This document shows positions 14,201-25,742 of a DNA stretch of 64,000 nucleotides, one piece after another (within the stretch, counting starts at the first letter, position 1; each line of letters begins with the position of its first letter). Below the pieces are notes generated by a model. The model ran no database searches. It was given only the letters and a program-made list of their open reading frames with translations, and was not told where the DNA came from. Origin of the DNA: Antedon mediterranea (Eukaryota > Animalia > Echinodermata); NCBI RefSeq assembly GCF_964355755.1, contig NC_092675.1:25578912-25642911 (forward strand). Reading direction: 5' to 3'. The position numbers were made by a program, and so were the translations under genes.

Positions 14201-14653
14201 TGCAAGCTATAATTCACTTCCCAGAGCTCTGGGCATGCGCAATATCGTGTCGGATTCCCTAACGGTGGGCAGTTGAGTTCCGGTGCCGGAATCCTAACCA
14301 CGGCGTTTTATTTATGCCTAGGCTAGTTGGGCCTACTACATTTCGTGTAATTTGTCTTCAAACAGACGATTCGGTAAATATTTGGTGGGACGATCAGTCC
14401 CACTTTTGGTCCGAAACGTCCTGCTACCGATAGCTAGATATAATTGAGGCCAGAGGACCAGGCAGGCCGGCCAGCCAGCCAGGAGGCGGCCTACCCTTCC
14501 GGGGCCAGCAAGTATCACTTACCATAGGATGATTTTGTGCAGTTCTGAGTAGTGACAAAGGAAGCTAAAAACAAAAACAAAAAATGTCCTCATTATTTGA
14601 AGTTAACATTACAAAGACTACAACAATTTTATTATTTTTAAGGAACTTACCAT
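2203..14653 (-). CDS. LSM4: U6 snRNA-associated Sm-like protein LSm4, 136 aa, 5 coding exons: 14651-14653, 14523-14564, 13011-13109, 12693-12861, 2203-2300
   Basis: Spliced translation M|[14 protein letters not shown]|[33 protein letters not shown]|[34 protein letters not shown]... ending in an RGG-rich tail. All junctions are GT-AG, phases are consistent and the total is 411 nt. Confidence 0.96.
3371..3720 (-). mobile_element. tRNA-derived SINE with Deu/Nin-like central domain
   Basis: On the minus strand: A box TGGCCGAGCGG, B box GGTTCGAGGCC, then CTCGGATAAGGACTATAAACCGTAGGTCC...TAAAGAACCC...TCGAAAAAGAGTAGGGGTTACCCCGG, which resembles the DeuSINE (AmnSINE1-type) core as I recall it, and an A-rich tail. 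Confidence 0.8.
3800..3993 (+). mobile_element. 3' stub of a non-LTR retroposon (stem-loop, AATAAA, (GAAAT)n tail)
   Basis: TCGAATAAATAAATGAAATGAAAT tail at about 3961; the same tail occurs at about 17000. Confidence 0.45.
8182..8931 (+). mobile_element. Non-autonomous Helentron-type element (HINE/DINE-1-like)
   Basis: T-run, 5' subterminal AGTCACATG with a short inverted partner, (GTCK)n microsatellite, 3' subTIR CACGCGACT, 3' stem-loop GCCATCTATATGGC, then TTGTTTTT. Confidence 0.75.
11640..12092 (+). mobile_element. 5'-truncated CR1/L2-group LINE (ORF2 C-terminus, 3'UTR, (TATG)n tail)
   Basis: Translation [53 protein letters not shown] is typical of CR1/L2/Crack ORF2 ends; followed by AATAAA and GTAT repeats. 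Confidence 0.75.
13578..14305. mobile_element. MITE with about 75-bp TIRs and 9-bp TSD (Mutator-like) in LSM4 intron 2
   Basis: CGCCGTGGTTAGGATTCCGGCACCGGAAC...GCGCATGCCCA is mirrored at 14229-14305; TTTTATTTA is duplicated exactly at 13569-13577 and 14306-14314. Confidence 0.9.
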
Positions 14654-15048
14654 GTTGTTTTTTATTCCTCGCACAAAAACCGATCAAACAACGATCTTTT
14701 TTAACGATAATGCTGCCCTCTCACGCTTTTACAACCCAACACAAAAAATTATTTTTTTAAAAATCACAATTTATTATGATAAGACCTTGATCTTGAATTA
14801 AATAAATAAATAATTTATCTAAGCAACAACTTTTTACTTATAAATATTAATTTTAAGTTATTCATTAGTAAAAATATTTCTATAAGAATATAAAATTTTA
14901 TTTAAAATCTTCAAATAATAGGCAATGTCAAAGGGTAGACATGTGCTCTTGTTTACTTTTTGGATAAGTGTCACAATCACAATTTTGTTTATCTGCAACA
15001 GCCAATTTCATGATTTAAATGTATTCCTTGTTATTATTGTAGGCAGAA
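14654..15048. promoter_or_regulatory. Probable bidirectional promoter for LSM4 and OGFOD1
   Basis: Divergent start codons separated by 395 bp; transcription start sites not determined. Confidence 0.6.
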
Positions 15049-18000
15049 ATGAATTCCAAACGTGGAGAAGTGCATCTTAGTAAAGATGATGAATTCGCCA
15101 CATCAAAACACAAGTCAAAAAAGAAATTTAAATCAAGCAAAATTAATTCCAGGGTTAATCAGATTTATTTTGAGAAAGAATTGATGCAAAAATTCAATTC
15201 TTCTTTCAATGAACGTAAAGGTTTTCTTCATGGTAGGTCTATTTTTAAAAAGGGTGGTATGAAGAGATTGTCTTCACTCTGCCAAATGGAGTGTTATTAT
15301 AATGATGATATAATATCTTTATTAATTTGCATATTTTTGGGTTTATTTTGTAGATGAAACTGACGCCCAGATTCACAGTGATCCATTTACTTGTTGCGTT
15401 TTGCCCAATTTTATTGAAAACGATGAATTTACTGAAGATCTTCAGGATGAGCTTCTCAATCTTGATTTTGTAGAGAAGTCTAACGACCTCTATAAATTCC
15501 ATCAGGTAGAACAGGATATTTATGTACAATATGACTATGTATGCAATGTTTACATTTACTATACCTTTTTTTTCCACCTCAAAATGTGTGTGTGTGTTCG
15601 ACTGTTACTTTATTGACAAAGTATTGGACCTTTGTGACTTTTCTAACTGTTTCGTAGCTTTAACAATATAAAATTACGTTTTTTTAAGCCGTTTTTAAAA
15701 TTATTATGCGGCTATGCTAGGCTTTGAAAACTTCAAACTCATCACAAACAAAACAATAAAAGAACAATCAAAAAGCAATCACAAATTACTAAATAAAAAA
15801 CAAAATGATTTAAAAATATTATTGGGGTCAGTAGAATGTAGCTTTCCATTATTTTTCAATTATCTTTCAGAGCCAAGCCTTACAAAACATTTCCAACCCG
15901 AACATAACAGCATTGAAGTAAGTTGGATTATAAAAAAGCTGAAGAAAATTGATTTCTTTTCATTTTTGGACTGGAAATGAATCTTAAAAATGAAATATCT
16001 CATGCAGCAGTGTTTACAAAGGCAAAGAAACTAATCAAAATATTACATTTTTCACTCCAGGGTAGAGTAATTCATAATATTTTTGGGGAATTACTGCATT
16101 ACTTTTGAGAGGTACATGAATCTAACCTTAGTAGGCTCAATGATCTAGAGGCATGAATGTCATGCTATAATGACCTGGAGCTTGTGTGTTCGAGTCTCAA
16201 CCTAATAATTATTTGCAAAGAGTAGGGCAAACATCTGACCAATTACTTAGATCCCTGACTCAAAACTATTACTAAACATACTTTTATTACAACTGTTTTA
16301 ACAAAAAGTAAAAAAAAATTTATTTATAGGAATCTTTTGTACAAAGATTTCACCAAATGGCTGACATCAGTAACCAATATCAGTTTCACAGAAACTGTTG
16401 ACATGACATGTGCCAAATATGAATATACTGGTAAGCAAGTTCATCAAAATTTGTAAGCTTTGTCTGTACGATCTAGTTTGACAAAATAAGTTTGATGTGC
16501 CCAAATATGGTAGTGATATGCTTAAATATGCTACATATATCTTGTGTAAGATCAAATATGAAACATATATTATTTTGCAATTACATATTCATATTTTATA
16601 TAGATCAAGATTCTAAATACTTTATTGTCTATAACCAAAAGTGCAAACAAGTTAAATTTATCTGCATTTTCCCTTTTATTACACCACAGATACTCTACTT
16701 TGTCATGACGATGAACTTGAAGGAAGGAGAATAGCATTCATATATTATTTGGTACCACCATGGAATGAGGAGGATGGTGGCTCCTTGGATTTGTTTGATG
16801 TTGATGGTATGGAATTCTAGCTCTTATTATGTACTATTCTACATTTATTTTTATAAAGTATTGTTATTACAGTGTATACTTATCTAATATATATATCTGT
16901 ATATTGATTTTTAAATTTTATGTAGTTAAGTTCTTCTGGAGCCCCAGACATTTCATGTTATGGTGACTATGGTTGCTTTTGGGGTCCCAGGACATGATGT
17001 CGAATAAATAAATGAAATGAAATAAGCATTTTCTACAGTTCACATACAGTATGAAACCTTACATTTGTTCACGTTAAAAATTACCTTTGATTGATATGCC
17101 TCCTTCTAAACTACTCCCTGGTTTACCCATGGATGACCAGGGTTGATTTTCTGCAGTTCTCAAATATACAACCATGGAAGAATTACTAATTCCTCTATGA
17201 TACAACTGTGTTTACATTTCATTTACAAAAAAAGTTTTCATTTTTTCTGCGATAGATGACCAGAATATATTTTTTTCATTCTGTATTTTCAACTTGTTTT
17301 GTGTAATTGATATATTACAGATGTAGGGCAACCAAATACTATTGCCAGGTCACTGTTTCCAAAATTCAATAATCTTGTTTTCTTCGAAGTTAATCCAGTT
17401 TCATTCCATCAGGTATGTCGGTATTGTAAGACAGTAGAACCCCTATTAAGAGGACACCATTAGGACCCAAAAAGAGTCCCTTTAATAGGAGTGTCCAATG
17501 AATAGGTGTTGTCTGTATAATTAATCATGTTTTGACCATTGTTCATTTCTTCGAAAAGCGTCCCAATAATAGGTTTCCCAAAGATAGGATTCTACTGTAT
17601 TTACAAGCATTTTTTATTTTTATCTTAAGAATTTGAATTATCAAATCCTACTATGTAGTGATAGAATTTAATCTTTATTTCAGGTAGCAGAAGTTTTATC
17701 AAAGAATAAGTGTCGTCTATCAGTAAGCGGGTGGTTCCATGCGAAGACATTAGCAAGACCACCACCATTTGTGGAACCAAGGAAGATTCGTACATCTCAT
17801 CAAGAAGTTAAGGTACACAAAATAGCATATTCCAGGAAAAGTTTTATTCATAACAAATGGCAATATATGTATTTTAACATTTCATGATGAAATGAAGTGC
17901 TGAACTTGATGTTGATGATGTCCTTTGAATCGTCTGCATTATAATTTTCAAAGTTTAGTGGAGGCTGGGCCTGCTGAGCCTCACATTGAATCTACCTATG

Positions 18001-20359
18001 CACAAAGTCCATACTTCAATTACATTATAATTATTATACAAATCAGAAAAGTTTGGAACATTTTTTTTCTACAGGAAGAAATGTTTTATGATTGGATTAA
18101 TCCATTGTATTTGGATTTGGAAAATCAAACCGAAATCATGGATCGTTTTCAGGATGATTCTGAAATTCAACTTGAAGGATTTTTGGCAGTAAGTACATTA
18201 AATACATTATAATATTGATCAATCTTCAGTTAAAAATACATAATAAATAATTTATTTTCAAATTGGATTTATAGAAAGATAAATATCAATCACTTTGTGA
18301 AGCACTTTCTAATCAAAAAGTAAAATGGAAAAGAATTGGTCCTGCAAACAAACGGTAAGTCATTTGAGTTTACTGTACCATAGTCACAAAGATTCATACA
18401 CTCCAAACAGATTCATCACCTTTTTATGACCATATACCAATCTTTAAGCTCTGTCTACACTATCAAACTTTATGTGACAAAAAAATGTGATGTCCCTTTA
18501 TACGGACATGATTATATATAATGCGACATTTATATAGCGCTATTTATTAGGATCAGAGCGCTTTGAATGTTAGTTGATTATTAAAATTATCTAGACTCTG
18601 AACAGAAAACTTATGTCATATCACTACCATATTTGGGCATATGACTACCATATTTAGGCACATCACGCTTTTTTTGTCAAACTAGTTTGATAGTGTGGAC
18701 ATAGATTTAGATAAATAGAGCTTCATTTGTGTTCCCAGCCAATATGAGATTGCTGAACAAGAGAGTCTGCCTCCTGTAGTCCAAGAATGTCTTTCTGTTA
18801 TGAAGTCTGAAATGATGTTTTTATTACTTTCCAACTTCACCGCATTGAAGCTTCATGCTCTTGCACCTGATCAAGATAGCAGTGATGATGAAGAAGATCT
18901 TAAAGATGACAAGCAAGATCCAGATGATGATACAGATCCTGACAAACCAGAAGACAAGGAAATAAAGGCTATTGAGGAGCCAAGTAGTAGTAATGGTAGT
19001 AACGAAACAAGCAAAACATGTAATAAGGTTAAGCAAGGTCAAAGTTCAATGAAAACTCAAAGAGAAGCATCTGACAATAAGATAAAAGACAAGACTCCAA
19101 GTTGCCATGGTGATGTTAGACGATGGCGACATGGTGATTATACATTACTTCATGACACGGACACAGAAGGATCAGAATTTGCGCTAGACGCTGTTTTGTA
19201 TTTTAACTGTAAAGGTATTTATAAAACAGTTTTTATATTAAATGTTGATGTACTTTTATTCAGATTCAGTTAAAATGTTGGTCAATCTAGATCTCCCCGA
19301 TTGTTTGAATACACACATTGGGTGGATTGTAATAAAGGTTAAGCCTAGGTCTATATTGCAATCCACCCCTGGTTTCCACATCTAGTATATAGTATAAGGT
19401 GGGTTTTGTAGTTTGAGACACACAGCGATGTTGGCAAGGATATTTAAAAGTTAATGATTATTTTTAATTTCACAGATTGGGATAATGAATATGGTGGCTT
19501 TACATCATACCTTGCTAAAGGTGAAGATGAAGAGGTAAATGTTTTATTATATTTTAATTGTAACATACAACGATTGTACTTCACTTTCAGAGCATTACAT
19601 ACATAAAGTAATGGCTCTAAGAAAGGGCTATATTTTATAGTTTTGTTTTTGACTCCTTAAGCACACACATATTGAGTAGTGTGTCATTGGAAAGCTCATT
19701 GCTATAACACATATTTCATCTATTGGACACTCTCATAGTACAAGATTTAATAATGATTATAATTTAGCGTTACCTCAAGCTTGTATTTTTTTAAGGAAAA
19801 TTTAGGATTAGTTTTGAAGGAGCAATTTTATGGAATAACATTTCAGTTGAAATTCGTAGTATTATTTATCGGAAATCATTCATAAACAAGTTAAACAATG
19901 TTTATTTGATGAATATATAGAATAATGTACGTTTAATAATGTTTGTTTTTTCTTTTCAATTCCATCCGTATTTTTTGTAATTTATATTTGTAAAGAGGGT
20001 AAAAACTCGATTAGAGAATTATCTATTTTTTTAACCTATTGCCATGCCATATATATTTACATTTTTTTTTTTGTGGCAATAAAAGTTGAATATTAGTTGA
20101 ATATACAGGTATATATTAGGCAGTCGTACAATAGGTCTATGTACTAAGATTTTTAGATGTTTTCCATAATAATATTTATTATTTATGTGTTTTTTTTCCG
20201 ATATAGTTGTTGAGTGTCACACCAAAAGAAAACTGCCTAAGTTTGGTTTATCGTGATAAAGATACCTTACGTTTTGTCAAGCATATTAATCATAAAGTTA
20301 CTGAATTGGCAGATGGTGCTACCAGCTTTCATGACATTGCATTTGTTTACTATGAATAA
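15049..20359 (+). CDS. OGFOD1: Prolyl 3-hydroxylase OGFOD1 (Tpa1 family), 567 aa, 12 exons: 15049-15232, 15354-15505, 15871-15917, 16330-16430, 16690-16806, 17321-17412, 17684-17812, 18075-18188, 18275-18354, 18739-19214, 19476-19534, 20207-20359
   Basis: Motifs [83 protein letters not shown]; 1704 nt with consistent phases. A further upstream exon is possible because a splice acceptor lies at 15042. Confidence 0.95.
17432..17597. mobile_element. pogo/Tc1-type MITE (CAGTAGAA...TTCTACTG)
   Basis: Inverted termini with TA on the right flank; related copies at about 44137-44310, 61137-61269 and 61848-61958. Confidence 0.7.
18447..18703. mobile_element. Harbinger-like MITE family AGCTCTGTCTACACTATCAAAC, interrupted copy
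   Basis: Same TIR and internal CAAATATGGTAGTGATATG units as the copies at 29265, 44573 and 57664 and the fragment at about 16470-16530; superfamily assignment is inferred from terminal sequence. Confidence 0.75.
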
Positions 20360-20419
20360 AGTTGAATGGAGTGTTTTAATTCTGCTGGTTGTATTCTGGG
20401 TAATACAGTAAAAAGTCAC

Positions 20420-20680
20420 TACAGCGGTTCCTCTGTCGACATTTTGGCTCTGTCTCAAGATTTTTTAGATGACCTAATCCCAGAGAGATGTAATAAGCTA
20501 AAGGCTAGAGCGCGTACTCCAGATTGAAAAGTGATTCCAACAGGAGGGGATCCAACAAGATGCGATAACATTGTAGTTTGCCATCCAGCCTTCAGCTATA
20601 TATCATTGCCTAATCCTGATAAAGAGACTCGGCTGTTGTAGAACGCATGGGTTTCCCACCCTGTAATTACCGAATCATGT
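20420..20680 (+). mobile_element. Decayed Penelope-like 3' fragment downstream of the OGFOD1 stop
   Basis: Frameshifted KLKAR-AY-RLK--P-GI-K resembles a GIY-YIG C-terminus; followed by CCTGATAAAGAGACTCGGCTGTTGTAGAACG, a degenerate hammerhead-like core. Confidence 0.4.
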
Positions 20681-21513
20681 ATTTTTATTGTGCATTACAA
20701 TACTATATACACAAATCACCTATTTTTTGTTATAGCCCAAAATATCTGATTTGACAATAAATACACTAATATACTTAATATGATAAAATGTGAGACTGAG
20801 TAATGTTACATTTATTATATCAGCATTTTTATTAAAATTTCCATATATTAATACTGTACATAATTTGTGTTAATCTTTTTAAAAAATATATAATTTAATG
20901 AGGCATTATTTGAACACAGCGGCTATTAATGCATTATTTTATATATACAATGAAAAATACAAGATTTCTGTAAAGAAATAAAATATTAAGAATCTCATTG
21001 AGAGATAATAATTAGTTTGTTTATAAAGCAACTATTCATAAATTACAATTTTTGATTAAGTAAAGTGGAAAACAATTCAAAAGCACCATATAATTAAAAC
21101 TGCCACACAATGTATACAGTCAACTCTAATGACATGTACTGTAATTAAAAATGTAATTAATTTAAAATAAGAATGTTCTTGTGGACGCAAATTCATAAAA
21201 TGTTTCTGGGGTAAAAAAAAAGGGTATCTACATTTTGAATTACTGTAGTTGCCTTTCTTGTATACATATGTATTAAAAGTAAAATAACAATTTTTAAATC
21301 AGGTAACAATAACATGGTAAAAAGTAAACATTTTCAATGTTAGTAAAAGTTAAAACAGTATTTAGTTGTATTATACAAACAATATATTGAATCTTCAATA
21401 AAATCTACTTTTGTAAATAACTACATTGATATAATTATATAAAAAATGTATGCAAAAACAAATGACATGTAAAAAAAAAAAATAAAAAATACAGTAAAAT
21501 TATAAATCAAACT

Positions 21514-23652
21514 CGTATCCGGATATTCACCCCCTGGACATTTACCCCCCGGAAAACTACCCCCCGGACAACCACCACCTGGACCACTACCCCCTTAGGA
21601 CAACTACCCCTTTAGGACAACTACCCCTTTAGGACAACTACCCCTTTAGGACAACTACCCCCCGGACAAATACCCCCCGGACAACTACCCCCTTAGGACA
21701 ACTACCCCCTTAGGACAACTACCCCCCGGACAACTACCCCCCGGACAACTATCCCCCGGACAATTACCCCCTAGGGACAATTACCCCCCCGGACAATTAC
21801 CCCCCGGACAATTACCCCCCCCCCCCCCCCCCCGGACAATTACCCCCTCCTCCCCGGGTAATTACCCCGCGGACAACTACCTCTGACACAATACTCCCCG
21901 TAGGACAACTACTTCCTGGACAATACTCCGAGGGCAAATAATCTTTTAGGACAACTACCTCCGTAGGACAACTAACCCCTGGACAACATTTCATTTGTTT
22001 GTTTTCATTTTACAACCCGGATTATACAATATATTTATATACATGATAAAAAAAAACAATAATAGCTCAGTACCACCAGTAACCCGTATCACTGTAATTC
22101 CTTTTTGGTTAATCGTATCAAATTAGAAATTATATTATCATAATCTTATTACCCCGCGGACAACTGCCTCTGACACAATACTCCCCGTAGGACAACTACC
22201 TCCTGGACCTGGACAATACTCCGAGGGCAAATAATCTTTTAGGACAACTTCCTCCGTAGGACAACTAACCCCTGGACAACTACCACCCAGAAAACTATCC
22301 CTTTAGAACAACTACCCCCCGGACGGACAACTAACACCCAGACCATTCAACAACCTGACCTCTGCAACAGCGTATAATAGGAATTAATAACTATATTTTA
22401 ATTCGTTACTTTGACAAATTACTATTCATTATTGTAAACAAAAGTAAAAGATTGAACATAAATATAGCCTGGTATAAACTGAAGATTGTCACATGATCAT
22501 AGGATAGTCGAACGTATTATATAGTACTCCCTGTATTTACTGTAAAAACTGGGTTCGCTAATAATAATAATAATTTTTGCGTCAGGACAATGCTTCGATA
22601 ACCACTGGTCTTAAAAGAATTAATTTTTGTCTCAAATTTGTCATTTGTATTTTTGTACACTTGAAGAATAATATCACTTTTGATATTTGACCTCAATGTT
22701 CACTCACCGAATTAACGGCGATCTTTAAATAAATTCCCCTCAAATAAACGGTGACCATGTCACTCTCATGACACATCATATGGAATAATCGGCGTCTATT
22801 TCCATTAGATTATACCCCCTCCCATTGAATAAACAACTTTCTTCCAATAAATGTCCACCTAAAAACCACCTAAACAATAAACAGCCCAGGCCGTTTTTTT
22901 CAATAAATACGGTACTTTAAATCTAGCAAATCTAGGGCCTAGCGTGCTGTTAAACAGAATAATCGGTTAAAAACGGGTGTTTCGAAACTAGAGACCCGAG
23001 ACCAGAGACCATGAGACCCGAGACCCAATACGAAAAGGGAGACCTAAATATACGAAAAGGGAGACCCACGTACGAAAAGGGAGACCCCACTATACGAAAA
23101 GGGAGACCCCACTATACGAAAAGGGAGACCCTAATATACGAAAAGGGAGACCTAAATATACGAAAAGGGAGACCAAATATACGAAAAGGGAGACCCAAAT
23201 ATACGAAATGGGAGACCCAAATATACGAAAAAAGAGACCAGAACGAAAAGGGAGACCCTAATATACGAAAAGGGAGACCCAAATATAGGTCTCCCTTTTC
23301 GTATTGGGTCGTGTCAGGTCTCTGGTCTCGGGTCTCTAGTTTCGAAACACCCGTTAAAACCAGATGATTTCATTTTTACAGAAACCGGTCCTATATATTT
23401 GTCTACTTTTAGATTGGGGGGGGGGGGGGGGTAGTTGACCGGGGGGTAGTTGACCGGGGGGTAGTTGACCGGGGGGTAGTTGTCCTAAGGGGGTAGTTGT
23501 CCGGGGGGTTGTTATCCTAAGGGGGTAGTTGTCCTAAGGGGGTAGTTGTCCTAAGGGGGTAGTTGTCCGGGGGGTAGTTGTCCTAAGGGGGTAGTTGTCC
23601 GGGTGGTAAACATCCGGGGGGTAACTGTCTAGGGGGTAGGTGTCCTAGAACC
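21514..23652. mobile_element. Foldback DNA transposon with arms built of GGACAACTACCCC(C/T) tandem units; 8-bp TSD
   Basis: Left arm 21514-~21990 and inverted right arm ~23416-23652; ATCAAACT is duplicated at 21506-21513 and 23653-23660. Confidence 0.88.
22975..23352. mobile_element. Nested MITE (TIR GGGTGTTTCGAAACTAGAGACCCGAGACCAGAGACC) with internal ~21-bp tandem repeats
   Basis: Perfect inverted ends; flanks GTTAAAAAC and GTTAAAACC (9 bp, 1 mismatch); internal TATACGAAAAGGGAGACCC array. Confidence 0.88.
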
Positions 23653-24363
23653 ATCAAACTAATAGTATAGTACATGCAAATAATATTTTTAAATAACCAT
23701 GACATTAATTTTTTTAAAGCTAAATATGGTATAAAATATTGAAAAATGATTAAATACTTATGTAAATAAATGAGTATATAAAAATTATAAAATGTATTAA
23801 TTGTTATTGGACGACCTTAAAAATATTACATTGATAATACTGTACTTATGCATTAAACCAATATTTATTAATATATAGCACACATAATAACGAACAAAAT
23901 CAAATACACCGGGAAAAAAACATAATACTAATCTAATAAATAATAATAATATATTAATACATAAAAACTATTTTTCAAAAAGAATAATTTTTCAATAGCG
24001 ATATGTTTTGCATTGATTTTGTTTTAAATCTTAGTTTTTAAAAAAGTACAAATAATCAAATCTTAATTGTTGTATTTGAACATTTTCTGAACAATCAATC
24101 ATTTCTTTCACTGCATATGAATTCATTATCAACATTTTAAAATCCTAAATACTTTGCATATAAATTTAGTTCTTTAAAACAAATTAAAGAACATTGAACT
24201 TATTTAAATAGAATATATTTAACTAAAACGTATTGCGCTACTTAGATCTAATTTCTTACCTTGTATATAAAAATTGATATTGGACCATTGGTAAAGCAAT
24301 TATTTGGTAATTGGTTTCCAAACACAAAATTTGTATAGAATGATCCTATAATACATATTTCGT

Positions 24364-24635
24364 TAAATATGCATTGTCCCCAAAAACGTAAATTAAACTT
24401 AAAACTTTGGCCATTTTGTAGTTTTAATAAAGTTTAAAATTACTTAATGATTCGTTAAAGAAACAGTCAAATTTAACCAGTAACCCATTTACAATGGCCT
24501 TATGTTTGAATATTTTTGCCTTTAAATTAAATAGAGTTTTATCGGATAATTATTTTTTGTTTTCAAAATGCAATTATTTGGCCATTATAAACAATATTTA
24601 AAAATTACTTTTCAGGGCGAAACAATATATTGTTA
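24364..24635. mobile_element. Degenerate copy of the TTAA-flanked MITE at 39695
   Basis: TTAAATATGCATTGTCCCCAAAAAC...TTTTCAGGGCGAAACAATATA with internal similarity to 39695-40005. Confidence 0.55.
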
Positions 24636-24662
24636 ATATATTTTATAATCATGTTTATATTT

Positions 24663-25742
24663 TCACCCAACTGCTTCAAACACAGCAAGAAAGGCAAATC
24701 CAATAACGGTAAACAACACTTTCCAAAGGCCATCTCGTTCATTTTCAAATTCATGGTTTAATATTTCAAAAAATGTAACATAGATAAAAATGCCTGCAGC
24801 AAAAGCTTGGAGGATGGCTGAAGACACCTGCGCTACGATTCCCTGAGCTGAACTCACTCCCACTCCAAGCATTATTCCAAATGGTATCATTACAGAGAAT
24901 ATTACTCCGTATAAAATAAAAGTTTTTTTAGTAGCATGCGATTTCAACAAACTAGCACCTAAAGCGAATGCTGCTAACGACTCATGAGCTATCATAGCAA
25001 TGAGAAGATACCAGACCATTCTGGCTTCATTTTGTAACCCAAGAGCCATTCCTTCAAAAACGGAATGTATCGATAAAGCAAATAAAAGAACTAAAGATCG
25101 TAGGCTGTTTATTTGACCACCACCACCTAGGTGACTATGCCCATTTTGATCATGATTGTGATGATTCCGTGAGCTGCCATTTTGAAGCATTGTCAATCTA
25201 TCGGTTTCAGTACTAAATAGTTCATCTTCGCTTGAATGTTCTAGTCCACTACTTTCATTTAAAGGCGTTTCCTTTTTCATCATTTCGATGTCATTCGTTG
25301 CCGATTTTTTTTTCATTGTACATGCTGTCACACATTTTTCAAAAATCAGAATTAGAAAGAAACCAATTATAACTAGCAATTCACAAACAGGATAATCATG
25401 ATTAATGTGTCTTTCTTTGATAATTTGTTGTACTTGTGTCTGTGCAGCTGGAAATAAGCCTAGGAAACAGGTTGCAAGGAATACACCACCAGCTAAGCAA
25501 TTACAGAAACTTAGAATTCTACCTTTGGTACTTTGTTGAACAGGTCCAGATCTGGTCCTGCTCTTGGATCGGAAAAGGAGTATTGGAGATAAGGCACCTA
25601 GAAGTGTGGAAGCAAAGACCAGTCCCATTGATACAACTTTTAACGTCATCAAATCTGCCATGTTTGGAGTGGTGGTATTTACAATCGGCTGGAAGATCTG
25701 GGAAGCAGAAGAATGCTGAGATGTTGTGTAAGAGGACGACAT
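24663..25742 (-). CDS. ZIP-family (SLC39A1/2/3-like) zinc transporter, 359 aa, single coding exon
   Basis: NCLAGGVFLATCFLGL, His-rich loop NHHNHDQNGHSH, ALSIHSVFEGMALGLQ, AFAAGIFIYVTFFEIL; first in-frame ATG at 25742. Confidence 0.93.
   Translation of the reverse strand: MSSSYTTSQHSSASQIFQPIVNTTTPNMADLMTLKVVSMGLVFASTLLGALSPILLFRSKSRTRSGPVQQSTKGRILSFCNCLAGGVFLATCFLGLFPAAQTQVQQIIKERHINHDYPVCELLVIIGFFLILIFEKCVTACTMKKKSATNDIEMMKKETPLNESSGLEHSSEDELFSTETDRLTMLQNGSSRNHHNHDQNGHSHLGGGGQINSLRSLVLLFALSIHSVFEGMALGLQNEARMVWYLLIAMIAHESLAAFALGASLLKSHATKKTFILYGVIFSVMIPFGIMLGVGVSSAQGIVAQVSSAILQAFAAGIFIYVTFFEILNHEFENERDGLWKVLFTVIGFAFLAVFEAVG

Noticed and set aside
18870-19090. Acidic low-complexity insert in OGFOD1
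   Set aside because: A disordered acidic region at this position is usual for OGFOD1 orthologues.
23011-23367. 118-aa repetitive ORF (YEKGD/IRKGRP)
   Set aside because: It is a translation of the 21-bp tandem array inside a MITE.
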